DNA of 63,270 nt, taken from Rikenella microfusus. Its GTDB lineage: Bacteria; Bacteroidota; Bacteroidia; Bacteroidales; DYQK01. The stretch is taken from positions 1-63,270 of the forward strand of contig DYQK01000003.1 in assembly GCA_020719385.1 (NCBI GenBank), in the 5' to 3' direction. Position numbers and translations under genes: made by a program. Each line of letters opens with the position of its first letter. Position 1 is the first letter of the stretch. This document shows, piece by piece, positions 52,496-63,035 of the stretch. The notes beneath the pieces were generated by a model. That model did no database searches. It was not told the origin of the DNA and worked only from the letters and a program-made list of their open reading frames with translations.

Positions 52496-53408
52496 AGATA
52501 TTTCTCATTTTGAGCAAGAAATTCGCAATGTTTTTCTTGCAGAGAAGTTAAATCAAGCGTTATTTAAAACGCCATTTTATCTACATTTAGATGAAATGTT
52601 GAAGTATTATATTTTTTATAGTAAAAATATTAAGGAAATTTCGTTGACCGAAGCTGTTTATAACGAATTAGGAATTTATATTCTTGAAAATTACGATTCA
52701 GAAAATGGGAATTTGCCCATTATTGATTGGGATTTCATAGAAAAAATGACAGAATTGTTGCAAGATAAGATAAAAAAACAATTAGGAACAGAGAAAAATT
52801 CAAGTTTTCTCAAACCATTTATTGATTCTACAATAGATTCGTTTGAAAAACAATTAATTTTTTACTATTCTCACAAAAATCAAGAAATTAATCCTTGGAA
52901 TGCGGCTTTTCAAATTTTACAAAATGGCTGTTTATACCTTATTTCTGGAAATCGCGATGTTTTCAAAGAATTTTACCCAAAAATGTTGCAAAATGATTCT
53001 AAAAATGTCGGAATAATTGCTGTCAATAAACGAAAACCACAAAAAAGTAACGAAAATAAATTTGCAGGTTTTGTTGTTGATAACCGTCATAATTTGCAAA
53101 CTGTTGTTTATAATTTATTGCAGGAATTTGCAAAAGGACATCAAAATGCGGTGAAAGCGGAAAAAATTAAACAATTGTTGGCAGAAAAGAATCGAGAAAT
53201 TAATTTACAAACATTGAAAAATAATATTTTGCTTGTTTTGAAAAGACAAGGCTTGATTGGGTCAAAAACTTCAGGTTTCTATTTCATTGAAAATGAAGAA
53301 GATTTGCGAGAAACACATTTTTTTCATTCACAAAAATTAAATCGTATTAAAACTACGTTAAATTTTCTTGAGAAAAAAGCAACAATAATGGGATTTTCAA
53401 TAACTTAG
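52479..53408 (+). CDS. Hypothetical protein with probable C-terminal winged helix
   Basis: 309-aa ORF overlapping the previous gene by 17 nt; ILLVLKRQGLIGSKTSGFYFI. Confidence 0.65.
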   Translation: MLTNVKDISHFEQEIRNVFLAEKLNQALFKTPFYLHLDEMLKYYIFYSKNIKEISLTEAVYNELGIYILENYDSENGNLPIIDWDFIEKMTELLQDKIKKQLGTEKNSSFLKPFIDSTIDSFEKQLIFYYSHKNQEINPWNAAFQILQNGCLYLISGNRDVFKEFYPKMLQNDSKNVGIIAVNKRKPQKSNENKFAGFVVDNRHNLQTVVYNLLQEFAKGHQNAVKAEKIKQLLAEKNREINLQTLKNNILLVLKRQGLIGSKTSGFYFIENEEDLRETHFFHSQKLNRIKTTLNFLEKKATIMGFSIT

Positions 53409-53501
53409 AAATAAAACCGTTTTAGAAAAGACAAAGTGAAAAACAATTAATCAATTTATATTTTCAAATTTATTTAAAAAAAAGCCCAAAATTTTTAATT
53501 T

Positions 53502-54977
53502 ATGGCAAATATTTTGACTTCTCGAAGCGAAAATTATTCCCAATGGTACAATGATTTGGTTACAAAAGCTGATTTGGCAGAAAATTCTGCCGTTCGCGGT
53601 TGTATGGTCATTAAACCTTACGGCTACGCAATTTGGGAAAAAATGCAACAGACTCTCGACAAAATGTTCAAAGATACGGGACATTATAACGCATATTTTC
53701 CGTTGTTTATTCCAAAATCTTTTTTCAGCAAGGAAGCATCTCACGTAGAAGGTTTTGCGAAAGAATGTGCTGTTGTTACGCATTATCGCTTGAAAAACGA
53801 CCCAAACGGTAAAGGAATTGTTGTTGACGAAGACGCAAAACTCGAAGAGGAATTAATTGTTCGACCAACGTCAGAAACAATTATTTGGAATACGTATAAA
53901 AATTGGATTCAGTCTTACCGCGATTTGCCGATTTTGTTAAATCAATGGGCAAATGTGGTGCGTTGGGAAATGCGAACGCGTTTATTTCTCCGAACAACCG
54001 AATTTTTGTGGCAAGAAGGACACACAGCACACGCAACCGCAACCGAAGCTGTTGCCGAAGCACGACAAATGTTGGACGTTTACGCAGAATTTGCAGAAAA
54101 ATGGCTTGCCATTCCTGTCATCAAAGGACGAAAAAGCGACAGCGAAAGATTCGCAGGTGCCGTTGACACTTACACCATCGAAGGGTTAATGCAAGATGGA
54201 AAAGCGTTGCAGTGCGGAACTTCGCATTTTCTCGGACAAAACTTCGCAAAAGCATTTGACGTAACTTTCGACAACAAAGAAGGGAAAATCGAATACGTTT
54301 GGGCAACTTCTTGGGGCGTTTCGACAAGATTGATGGGAGCGTTAATCATGTCGCATTCCGATGACAAAGGACTCGTTATTCCGCCGAAACTCGCACCAAT
54401 TCAAGTCGTTATTATTCCAATTTACAAAAAAGAATCCGAATTGAACGAAATTTCGGAGAAAATTGCTCCGATAATTGCGAAATTAAAACAAAAAAATATT
54501 TCTGTGAAATTTGATTCGGCAGATAATCAAACGCCCGGATGGAAATTTTCTGAATACGAATTTCGCGGCGTGCCTGTGCGACTCGCCGTTGGTCCGCGGG
54601 ATTTGAAAAATAACACCATCGAAATCGCAAGACGAGATACGTTGACAAAGCAAACTATTTCGCAAGACGATATCGAAAATGTTGTTGAAAATCTTCTTGT
54701 CGAGATTCAGGAAAATATTTTTCAAAAAGCAAAAACGTTTAGAGAAAATAACACGCGAAAAGTCGAAACTTATGACGAATTTAAACAAGTTTTAGACGAA
54801 AAAGGCGGTTTTATTCTTGCTCATTGGGACGAAAGTGCAGAAACAGAATCACAAATCAAAGAGGAAACAAAAGCAACAATTCGCTGTATTCCGCTTGATT
54901 CCGTAGACGAAGAAGGAAAATGTATTATTTCGGGCAAACCCTCGAAAAGAAGAGTTTTGTTTGCAAGAGCATATTAA
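53502..54977 (+). CDS. proS: Proline--tRNA ligase (archaeal/eukaryote type)
   Basis: [50 protein letters not shown]. Confidence 0.98.
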   Translation: MANILTSRSENYSQWYNDLVTKADLAENSAVRGCMVIKPYGYAIWEKMQQTLDKMFKDTGHYNAYFPLFIPKSFFSKEASHVEGFAKECAVVTHYRLKNDPNGKGIVVDEDAKLEEELIVRPTSETIIWNTYKNWIQSYRDLPILLNQWANVVRWEMRTRLFLRTTEFLWQEGHTAHATATEAVAEARQMLDVYAEFAEKWLAIPVIKGRKSDSERFAGAVDTYTIEGLMQDGKALQCGTSHFLGQNFAKAFDVTFDNKEGKIEYVWATSWGVSTRLMGALIMSHSDDKGLVIPPKLAPIQVVIIPIYKKESELNEISEKIAPIIAKLKQKNISVKFDSADNQTPGWKFSEYEFRGVPVRLAVGPRDLKNNTIEIARRDTLTKQTISQDDIENVVENLLVEIQENIFQKAKTFRENNTRKVETYDEFKQVLDEKGGFILAHWDESAETESQIKEETKATIRCIPLDSVDEEGKCIISGKPSKRRVLFARAY

Positions 54978-54995
54978 TTTGCTGCATCGAAAAAC

Positions 54996-55129
54996 CCTGT
55001 CGCTGTGCTTTTCGCACCCTGACAGGTTAATTACGTTTATTTTCCCACGACTAAAGTCGTGGGTTAAAAATCGTATAAAACATTGGTTGTAAACCCAAAT
55101 CTTAGCCCACGAATTTATTCGTGGGCTAA
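54996..55129. repeat. Cluster of three REP-like hairpins between proS and cmk
   Basis: cctgtc..gtgcttttcgcac..gacagg; cccacgactaaagtcgtggg (55044-55063); ttagcccacgaatttattcgtgggctaa (55102-55129). Confidence 0.7.
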
Positions 55130-55818
55130 ATTTTCGCAATTTTTTCGTTAATTTTCTCCAACAACCAACTCATTTGTTCCGAAGGTGTCATTTCAGAATT
55201 GTCTAAAACAATTGCGTCTGCGGCTTGTCTCAAGGGGCTTTCGCTGCGATTTTGGTCTAAAAAATCTCGATGATTCAAATTCGCTTTAATCTCTTTGAGA
55301 GTGATATTGGGTTCTTTGAGAATTTGCTCTTTGTAACGTCTCGTTGCTCGCACTTCGAGAGATGCGGTAACAAAAATTTTCACATCAGCATTTGGGAAAA
55401 CAACCGTTCCGATGTCTCTGCCGTCCATTACAATGCCGCCGTTTTTCCCCATCTCACGCTGCAATTTTACCATTGTTTCTCGTACCTCCTTGATTTTACT
55501 TACTTCACTCACCAGAGATGAAACCTCGCTGCTGCGAATGGCAACTTCGACATTTTCGCCGTTGAGAAATGTTCCATTTTTGTCCATCTCTGGAACATAA
55601 CGAAATTCTACCCGCAACTCATCTAAGACATCTAAAAGTTGAGAAACATCAACAATATTTTTCGAAATCAAAGAATTACGTAAGCAAAATAACGTTACTG
55701 CTCGATACATTGCTCCGCTGTCAATGTAAATATATTGTAATTTTTCTGCCAATTCCTTCGCCATTGTACTTTTTCCACACGAGGCAAAACCATCAACAGC
55801 AATGATTAATTTTTTCAT
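55126..55818 (-). CDS. cmk: Cytidylate kinase
   Basis: DGFASCGKST, IDSGAMYRA, MDGRDIGTVVFP, SPLRQA. Confidence 0.97.
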   Translation of the reverse strand: MKKLIIAVDGFASCGKSTMAKELAEKLQYIYIDSGAMYRAVTLFCLRNSLISKNIVDVSQLLDVLDELRVEFRYVPEMDKNGTFLNGENVEVAIRSSEVSSLVSEVSKIKEVRETMVKLQREMGKNGGIVMDGRDIGTVVFPNADVKIFVTASLEVRATRRYKEQILKEPNITLKEIKANLNHRDFLDQNRSESPLRQAADAIVLDNSEMTPSEQMSWLLEKINEKIAKI

Positions 55819-55831
55819 TCGACACAAATTT

Positions 55832-56998
55832 TTAAAATTCAGATAAAATTTCTATAAATTTTTTATTTGGCATTAGCCCTAATAAATCTTTTGAGTATTC
55901 GTTTTTTAAACCGTTGACAAAATACATTTCTATCTCGCCTTTGTTTTTTACTTCGATTTTTCCCCGATATTCGCAGTCAAAAAAATCTTTGATATATTCG
56001 TAAGTTGATTTTGAAACATTTACTCTGCCGCTTGCACCTGCACTTTCCATTCTGCTTGCCGTATTGACGGTATCGCCCCAAATGTCGTAGGCAAATTTTT
56101 TCTTTCCAATGACTCCAGAGATAACATTTCCTGTATGTATTCCGATTCGAAGTTCCCAAATCGGCAAATTTTGCTGTTTTTTTCTGTCATTCCATTCAGA
56201 AACGAAATGTTGCATCTGTAAACCTGCCAAAACCGTATCAAAAGGATTGCTATTATTTCGCAACGGAATTCCGCCTGCACACATATACGAATCGCCGATA
56301 GTTTTAATTTTTTCGATAAAATGTTTCTCAATAATCTCGTCAAATTTTTCGAAGTAAAAATTTAACTCTTTAACAATCTCTACGGGAGATAATATTTCAG
56401 AAATCTTTGTAAAACCCTTGAAATCGGTGAATAAAACGCTCGCTTTTTTATAAAATTTCGGTAAAACGGCTCCTTTATTTTTTAATTGGTCGGCAATTTC
56501 TTGCGGCAAAACATTTAACAATAACTTTTCTGATTTTTGTTTTTCCTCTTGAAGAATTTGTTTTTGTTTTTCTAACTCTTGAGATTGAAATTCTAATTTC
56601 TCGGTTTGCTCGGTAATCTCTTTTAAAAGTTGAAAAATTGTCAACGTAGATTTTACTCTCAATATTAACTCTGTTTTATCAATTGGTTTTCGAATAAAAT
56701 CGATTGCTCCTGCCTCGAAAGCGGCACGCAAGTTCGGCGTTGCGGTAACAATTATGACAGGAATATTGCTTGTCTTTTCGTAACGTTTAAGTTCCTGCAT
56801 TGCCTCGAGTCCGTTCATTAGCGGCATTTCTAAATCCATAACAATTAAATTCGGCAAAATCTCGTATGCCAAATCGCATGCCTCTTGCCCATTAGCAGCA
56901 GTGAAAATAGCATAATCTTGACACTCATTTTCGAAAATTCCTTTGATAAGTGCCAAGATTAATTTATTATCATCAACAACTAAAATCTTATATTTCAT
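55832..56998 (-). CDS. Receiver domain plus class III adenylate/guanylate cyclase
   Basis: REC MDLEMP; LFTDFKGFT, KIKTIGDSYM, RIGIHTG, YDIWGDTVNTASRME. Confidence 0.93.
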   Translation of the reverse strand: MKYKILVVDDNKLILALIKGIFENECQDYAIFTAANGQEACDLAYEILPNLIVMDLEMPLMNGLEAMQELKRYEKTSNIPVIIVTATPNLRAAFEAGAIDFIRKPIDKTELILRVKSTLTIFQLLKEITEQTEKLEFQSQELEKQKQILQEEKQKSEKLLLNVLPQEIADQLKNKGAVLPKFYKKASVLFTDFKGFTKISEILSPVEIVKELNFYFEKFDEIIEKHFIEKIKTIGDSYMCAGGIPLRNNSNPFDTVLAGLQMQHFVSEWNDRKKQQNLPIWELRIGIHTGNVISGVIGKKKFAYDIWGDTVNTASRMESAGASGRVNVSKSTYEYIKDFFDCEYRGKIEVKNKGEIEMYFVNGLKNEYSKDLLGLMPNKKFIEILSEF

Positions 56999-59316
56999 TG
57001 TCTATATAATTCAAAATCAACGACATCTGCGTTGGTTTCTTTGTTTTTTGCCTTGCATTTTGCGACACCGTTTTCTCCTCTTTTGCATTCAAATTTGTAA
57101 GGACGATAAAAAGTGTTATCCTCGCAAAGCGTTTTGTCTTTTTGCTCGAACTTCAATAATCCGCCTTCGTATTTTGCCTGCAAATCTGCAGAACATTTGT
57201 TGCCGTTGTCTTCGACAAGAGTAATTTTCCCTTTTCCTGAACAGTCAAATTCGAAAAACAACATAATTGATTTTCCTGTTTTATCATTTCTCAAATTGTT
57301 ACTGCTTTTCCATTTTCCTGCTGCAAAACAAACATTTGTCGCACTGTCAGGAATATTAAGAGCTGAGGACAAAAATTTATCTAATTGCAAAAATGGTCCC
57401 ATTTCTTTTTCGAAAGAAATTTTCTCTCCACTTGCGACCAACGCTAACTTTACCGAATCTGGACTTGTTTTAGGAAATTTCGACAAATAAAGAGCCACAG
57501 CACCTGCCACAATTGGCGAAGCCATGCTTGTTCCTTGCATCATTCCAAAATTTCCGTTTGGCAGCGAACTAAAAATAAACATTCCAGGTGCCGCAATAGT
57601 CGAGGCGGTGCCAAAGTTGCTGAACGGTGCTTTTTTCAAATCGGGAGAAACTGCAGTAACACAAATGATTCGATTAGAACGAGACATTAAATCTAAATCA
57701 GCAAGAATATTTTCATTGCCCGCTGCTTTAACGACAACAACTTTGTTTTCATTCGCAAATTGATATAATTCGTCCCAAAAAACAGTTTCGTCACTCGGCG
57801 TTGAACTGCGAATAATATTTCGCTGCTGCTCCTCAGACATTCGTTTTACTTCTTCACCGAAGTACATTCCCAAAGAGAGATTCATCACATTTGCTCCTTT
57901 GTGAATTGCGTACAAAATGCCTGCCACAATTGAAAGTGAACTCATATTTCCGTTTTCATCGGCAACTTGTATTGGCATCAACTTACATTCAGGGGCAATT
58001 CCGCAAACACCTTTTCCGTTGTTCATTAGTCCGACTGCCGACCCAGCAACGTGTGTTCCGTGGTCGCCGCCCTGAACGCGCGGCGGAGCAACATCAGCAC
58101 TATACTTTGTAACATTCCAAGGAGAAACAATCTTCCCCGCAAATTCAGGCTGATTTAAGTCAAAACCGTTGTCAATAATCGCAACAACAATTTTTGCGTC
58201 TCCTTTCGTAACGTTCCATGCGTCAAAGGCTTTGATTTTCTCGAAATACCAACTTTCCTGTTCCCTCGAAAAACCTGGATCTGTTGGTTTGTCACTTCTG
58301 CGAAAAAGTGCATCGTCAAAAACTAAACGCACATCAGACATTGCTTTGAGTTTAGGTTTCCAAGTTTTCCACTCACCTGGAGGCGTTTTTATTTGCAAAA
58401 GTTTAATTATTGTGTCATAAAACACAATTTCGACAGAATCTTTAAATTTTTCATTCAAATCGATAGAAAATTTCTCAACATTCGCTTCTTTTTTCAGAGC
58501 CACATTCAATTTATTCGTTAAAATGACTCTTTTTGTAGAATCTTTTGGGTCGTGACCTTTTTGTGTTGTGTCAATAGGCGGCAAAATATCCGCTTTGGGC
58601 GGCAAATAATTTCTTTGTTTTAACAAACAATAATACAACAATATCGCAATTATCGAAGCCGCAATTACTCCCAAGACAAACCACATCCAAGTACGCATTT
58701 TAAAACCGTCCTTCTCAACAGGCGGCGGCGGAGTAACAATATTATTCTCCTGCTTTTGAGGTACAACTTCCTCTTTTTTCGAAACTGTTTCGAATTTTGA
58801 TTCAACTTTTTGCTCGACAGGAGGTTTGTCAGGCAATGGAGGAATCGGTTCTTGAATATTTTTCTCGATGAGAAACAATTTCCCCTCTGTTTGTTTCGAA
58901 ATTTTGTCATCAAGTAAACCCCAAATCAACACAAATCTATTGTTTTCAACCAAAACATATTCCCAAGAAGGAACTTGAATGGCATCAATTAACGAATCGC
59001 CCCAAGGATTTCCCTGCGATTTTAACTCCTTCGCAAATTTGCGAACATCTGATAAAATTTTTTCAAGTTGCGGTCTTAATTTCTCACGTTCTTCGAAAGG
59101 AATTTCGTTAATGGGAAGTGCTTTTTCACTGACATAATCAGAAATATAACGGATTACTCCATTGCTGAAAACGGGAGTCGGCAACAACTCAAGATATTCC
59201 GCAGAATTAAATCGCATCTTAAGCTGATTCACCAAATTTGTGTGAGCATTCCACAACGGAACACCGCCGTTCAATAACGGTCTTTTTTCGACAAGTTTTA
59301 TTTCAATAACAGACAT
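56995..59316 (-). CDS. Membrane-anchored S8 subtilase flanked by SrfA-like N- and C-terminal domains
   Basis: Triad IIDNG / HGTHVAG / GTSMASP plus AAGN; TM at WMWFVLG; terminal domains resemble SrfA from recall. Confidence 0.8.
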   Translation of the reverse strand: MSVIEIKLVEKRPLLNGGVPLWNAHTNLVNQLKMRFNSAEYLELLPTPVFSNGVIRYISDYVSEKALPINEIPFEEREKLRPQLEKILSDVRKFAKELKSQGNPWGDSLIDAIQVPSWEYVLVENNRFVLIWGLLDDKISKQTEGKLFLIEKNIQEPIPPLPDKPPVEQKVESKFETVSKKEEVVPQKQENNIVTPPPPVEKDGFKMRTWMWFVLGVIAASIIAILLYYCLLKQRNYLPPKADILPPIDTTQKGHDPKDSTKRVILTNKLNVALKKEANVEKFSIDLNEKFKDSVEIVFYDTIIKLLQIKTPPGEWKTWKPKLKAMSDVRLVFDDALFRRSDKPTDPGFSREQESWYFEKIKAFDAWNVTKGDAKIVVAIIDNGFDLNQPEFAGKIVSPWNVTKYSADVAPPRVQGGDHGTHVAGSAVGLMNNGKGVCGIAPECKLMPIQVADENGNMSSLSIVAGILYAIHKGANVMNLSLGMYFGEEVKRMSEEQQRNIIRSSTPSDETVFWDELYQFANENKVVVVKAAGNENILADLDLMSRSNRIICVTAVSPDLKKAPFSNFGTASTIAAPGMFIFSSLPNGNFGMMQGTSMASPIVAGAVALYLSKFPKTSPDSVKLALVASGEKISFEKEMGPFLQLDKFLSSALNIPDSATNVCFAAGKWKSSNNLRNDKTGKSIMLFFEFDCSGKGKITLVEDNGNKCSADLQAKYEGGLLKFEQKDKTLCEDNTFYRPYKFECKRGENGVAKCKAKNKETNADVVDFELYRQ

Positions 59317-59374
59317 ACTAAAATGTTAAATTTATTAAGGCAAAAATATAAAAAATTTTTCATTTATCAAAAAA

Positions 59375-60076
59375 TTAAGGTTTTATAAAAATTATTTTTC
59401 CTTTTTTTGACAAAGTTTTTTCTAAAACATGTTGCGGCTCCGAGTAACAAACAATATTTCCCACTTCAAAAATCTCGTATTCAAGAGAATTTCTCACAAA
59501 AATATTACAATTTTCTTGAGAATGTTGCGAGATAAACGCATTTTCACAAATTAAATTTTCTGCAAAAACATAACTCAAAGCGTACATCCAAAGGTGAAGT
59601 TTTTGGGTTTTGCCCGAAAAAACATATTTTCCAATGGTATTTCCATTATTCCAAAAATAAACGTTCTCACAGTCAAAAATAAAATTTGCCTCGACTAACT
59701 TTGCCGCCTGCAATATTCCTATCTCTTTGTTTTTCAAGACGTTAGAGGAAAAAATTTTACAATCTGCTTTCAACGAAATTCTCGAAACCGATTTTAAATG
59801 CAATTCCAACTCGATTCTTTCTGTGCTTTGCAGCCATTTCGCAGAAATTTGATGACTTAAAATTAAAATCGAATCTTCAACTTTTGCGATAACATCAGAA
59901 ATTAAATTCTCTTCGCCCTTGATAATCAAATAGTTAACCGAATCTTGAATTAATTCTACGTTAAACAATTTTTCAACTGAAATTTCTGAAAAGTTTGCAA
60001 TTTCGATTTTTCGAATTTCTTTTTTCGAAGAAAAACACGAAATAAAAAATAAAACACAAAAAAATATTTTTTTCAT
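59375..60076 (-). CDS. DUF2807/GIN-like lipoprotein
   Basis: FISC lipobox; IKGEENLISDV; beta-helix-like C-terminus. Confidence 0.7.
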   Translation of the reverse strand: MKKIFFCVLFFISCFSSKKEIRKIEIANFSEISVEKLFNVELIQDSVNYLIIKGEENLISDVIAKVEDSILILSHQISAKWLQSTERIELELHLKSVSRISLKADCKIFSSNVLKNKEIGILQAAKLVEANFIFDCENVYFWNNGNTIGKYVFSGKTQKLHLWMYALSYVFAENLICENAFISQHSQENCNIFVRNSLEYEIFEVGNIVCYSEPQHVLEKTLSKKGKIIFIKP

Positions 60077-60133
60077 AAAAATTTTTGCCAAAAATACAAA
60101 AAAAATTTTACTTTTGCCGTTAAATCGAAAAAA

Positions 60134-61255
60134 TTGGCTGACGAATCTCTCAAATATCAAATTGGAATCGGACTAATTTCGGGTGTTGGTCCCATGACGG
60201 CAAAAAAATTAATTGCGTATATCGGAAGTGTGGAAGGAATTTTTCGCGAGAAAAAGCATTTGTTGATGAAAATTCCAGGCATCGGCGTACATTTGGCAAA
60301 TGAAATTGTGAATCAAAATGTTTTAGAAAAAGCCGAAAAAGAAGTTTTTTATATCGAAAAAAATGAAATTGAAGCAATTTTTTATACCGATGAAAAATAT
60401 CCGTCGCGTTTAAAATTGTGCGAAGACTCGCCGATAATGTTGTTTGTCAAAGGAAAAGCAAATTTAAACGCAGAAAAAATTATTTCTATTGTCGGAACGC
60501 GAAGTGCCACTTCGTATGGCAAAGAAATATGCGAAAAATTAATTTCAGATTTAAAAATTTATAATCCGTTGATAGTCAGCGGTTTAGCATACGGAATCGA
60601 TATTTCCGCACATCGCGCTGCGTTGAAAAACCAACTTTCCACCGTCGCCATTCTCGGACACGGTTTTCGAAATATTTATCCTCCCGACCATCGAAATACA
60701 GCAACAGAAATGCTCGATTCTAACGGCGGACTAATCACAGAATTTTTTAGCGATGACAAATTTGAACCCAAAAATTTCCTTCGCAGAAATCGAATTATTG
60801 CAGGAATGAGTGAGGCAACAATTGTCGTAGAATCAAGCAAAAAAGGCGGAGCAATGTTCACTGCCGAGATGGCAAATTCTTATAACCGAGATGTTTTTGC
60901 GTTTCCCGCAAGAACAACCGACAAACACTCGGAAGGATGCAATTTTTTGATAAAAATCAACAAAGCAAATTTAATTACGTCAGCAGAAGATGTGGAATAT
61001 TTGTTAAATTGGAATACGGAACACAAAAGTAAAACGCAACAACTTGAAAATCAATTTATTACATTCACAGAAGACGAACAAAAAATCATTTCTCTTTTGA
61101 AAGAAAACGGAAAATTAAACATTGACATAATTGCTTCGAATGTCAATTTGTCGATGAGCGAAACTTCAGTTTTGCTTTTAAATTTAGAATTTGCGAATGT
61201 AATCAAATCTTTGCCAGGAAAAATGTACGATTTAACTTTTCTTTACAAAAATTAA
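60134..61255 (+). CDS. dprA: DNA processing protein DprA
   Basis: IVGTRSAT.YG, VSGLAYGID..AH, FLRRNRIIAG, C-terminal winged helix. Confidence 0.96.
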   Translation: MADESLKYQIGIGLISGVGPMTAKKLIAYIGSVEGIFREKKHLLMKIPGIGVHLANEIVNQNVLEKAEKEVFYIEKNEIEAIFYTDEKYPSRLKLCEDSPIMLFVKGKANLNAEKIISIVGTRSATSYGKEICEKLISDLKIYNPLIVSGLAYGIDISAHRAALKNQLSTVAILGHGFRNIYPPDHRNTATEMLDSNGGLITEFFSDDKFEPKNFLRRNRIIAGMSEATIVVESSKKGGAMFTAEMANSYNRDVFAFPARTTDKHSEGCNFLIKINKANLITSAEDVEYLLNWNTEHKSKTQQLENQFITFTEDEQKIISLLKENGKLNIDIIASNVNLSMSETSVLLLNLEFANVIKSLPGKMYDLTFLYKN

Positions 61256-61270
61256 GAAAATTCACGTTAG

Positions 61271-61296
61271 AAAACCTGCCAAATTTGACAGGTTTT
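61271..61296. repeat. CTGACA-core REP-like hairpin between convergent genes
   Basis: aaaacctgcca-aatt-tgacaggtttt. Confidence 0.6.
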
Positions 61297-61304
61297 TTAA
61301 ATTT

Positions 61305-61865
61305 TTAAAAGTTAAAACCAACAGAAATACTCGGATAAATGAAAAATTTTGGTTGGTCAGCAACAATTAGTTTTTTGGGACTAACCCATTCATATTTCCA
61401 TTTATGAAGAGTCAACATTCCCAAAATCCCAAATTGCAAAAAACCTTTTTTGGAATAATGACGGCGATATGAAATTCGTTGCGTAAAGAAAATTCCTCTA
61501 AACCAATAACTTTCTGACCAAGAAGAATAATCTCCATCTGAAAGTCCTGATTTAAAACTGAAAACACCCATATAAGAAACTCCAAATCCGAAATTGAAAA
61601 AACCTTTTTCTGAAGTTTTTGTGGCAAGGTTCAATTCTGAAATTACTGCTTCTGAAAAATTCGGACAATAACCGCCGCCCAAACGCAAAGCGAGATAACC
61701 TTTTTGCGAATTAGTTAACATTCGTTCATAATTCACCGAGTAAAAACCTCCATTTCCAAAAAGTTCGAGATACACAATATTTTTTTTGTGCGAAAGACTA
61801 TCTTGCGAATAAGAATTGACACAAAAAATTAAAAAAAGCGAAAGCGATAACAAAAACTTTTTCAT
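61305..61865 (-). CDS. Small outer-membrane beta-barrel-like protein
   Basis: Signal peptide, YLELFGNGGFYSVNYER, terminal SVGFNF. Confidence 0.7.
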   Translation of the reverse strand: MKKFLLSLSLFLIFCVNSYSQDSLSHKKNIVYLELFGNGGFYSVNYERMLTNSQKGYLALRLGGGYCPNFSEAVISELNLATKTSEKGFFNFGFGVSYMGVFSFKSGLSDGDYSSWSESYWFRGIFFTQRISYRRHYSKKGFLQFGILGMLTLHKWKYEWVSPKKLIVADQPKFFIYPSISVGFNF

Positions 61866-62011
61866 TGAAAAATAAATTTTTTTATTTGAGATGTAAAAAT
61901 GTTGCGAAAGGTTGCGTTTAGAAAAATAAAATTTTATTTTTTCACAAAAATTTAACATTTTTTAACAAAAAATATTTTGCAAATAAAAAAATACATTTTA
62001 TCTTTGTAATT

Positions 62012-63035
62012 ATGAAAAATATTTTACTTTTTTTGTTTCTTTTTTTATCAATTTATTCAGTTTTTTCACAAAATATTACGATAAACGGTTTTGTGCAAGA
62101 TGTAAATTCGGGAGAAAAGTTACCTTTTGCATCAATTTTTGTCAATAATATTGAAAAAGTAGTCGTTACAAATCAATATGGTTTTTATAGTTTAACTCTT
62201 CAAGCAGGAAATATCAATATTTCTGTTTCATATCTTGGTTGTAAAACTCTTTCGAATCAATATTTTTTGACAAAAGACACAATTATTAATATTTTTCAAC
62301 ATCACCTCAACACTTCGATATAATAAAAAATGGTCAAAAAATTTATTTCTCAGTTCGCTTTTTATTTACAGCAAATATCGTTTTGAAATTTTTAATCAAG
62401 AAAGAACTGCGTACAAAGATTTTTTAAACAACAAAATTTTTGAAAGTCAAGAAAATGCGTTTATGAGTCAGTCAGGAATTGAAAATTCCAGTTTTAAAAT
62501 CGACCTTGATTATTTTCTTTCTACAAATCACACAATAAAATCAGGAATAAATTACACTTTTCATCAATTTTCTCCCGAAACAAGTCAAAAAACGCAACAA
62601 CACAACGACTCAAGTTTCGTAAAATTGACAAATCAGCACGGGAAAAATAATATTTTTGCCAATGAACTCAATTTTTACCTCGAAGACGAATGGAATATTT
62701 TCGCAAAATTAAAAATGAACTTTGGTTTTCGAGTCCCAATATTTTTGCAGAAAAATGAGTCTTATTTCCCCTTCGAACCCAGAATTTCGCTAAATTATTT
62801 GATAAATCAAAATCTCGCTGCCAATTTTACTTATGCAAAAATGACTCAATTTATACATTTGCTCTCAAATTCGTCTCTTGGTTTGCCCACAGATTTATGG
62901 TTACCTGCCATAGACAAGATTAAACCTTCCACTTCTAATCAATTTTCGCTCGGAACAGAGATATTTTTACCTTTTTGCGAAATAAATATCGAAAGTTTTT
63001 ACAAAACAATGAATAAAAGGATTCTATTTTTTTGA
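62012..63035 (+). pseudogene. TonB-dependent receptor pseudogene (internal deletion, frameshift, 3' truncation)
   Basis: N-terminal carboxypeptidase-regulatory-like domain (GEKLPFASI, TNQYGFYSL) joined out of frame near 62300 to a barrel segment (NITSTLRYN...EPRISLNY...LPTDLWLP); plug and C-terminus absent. Confidence 0.75.
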
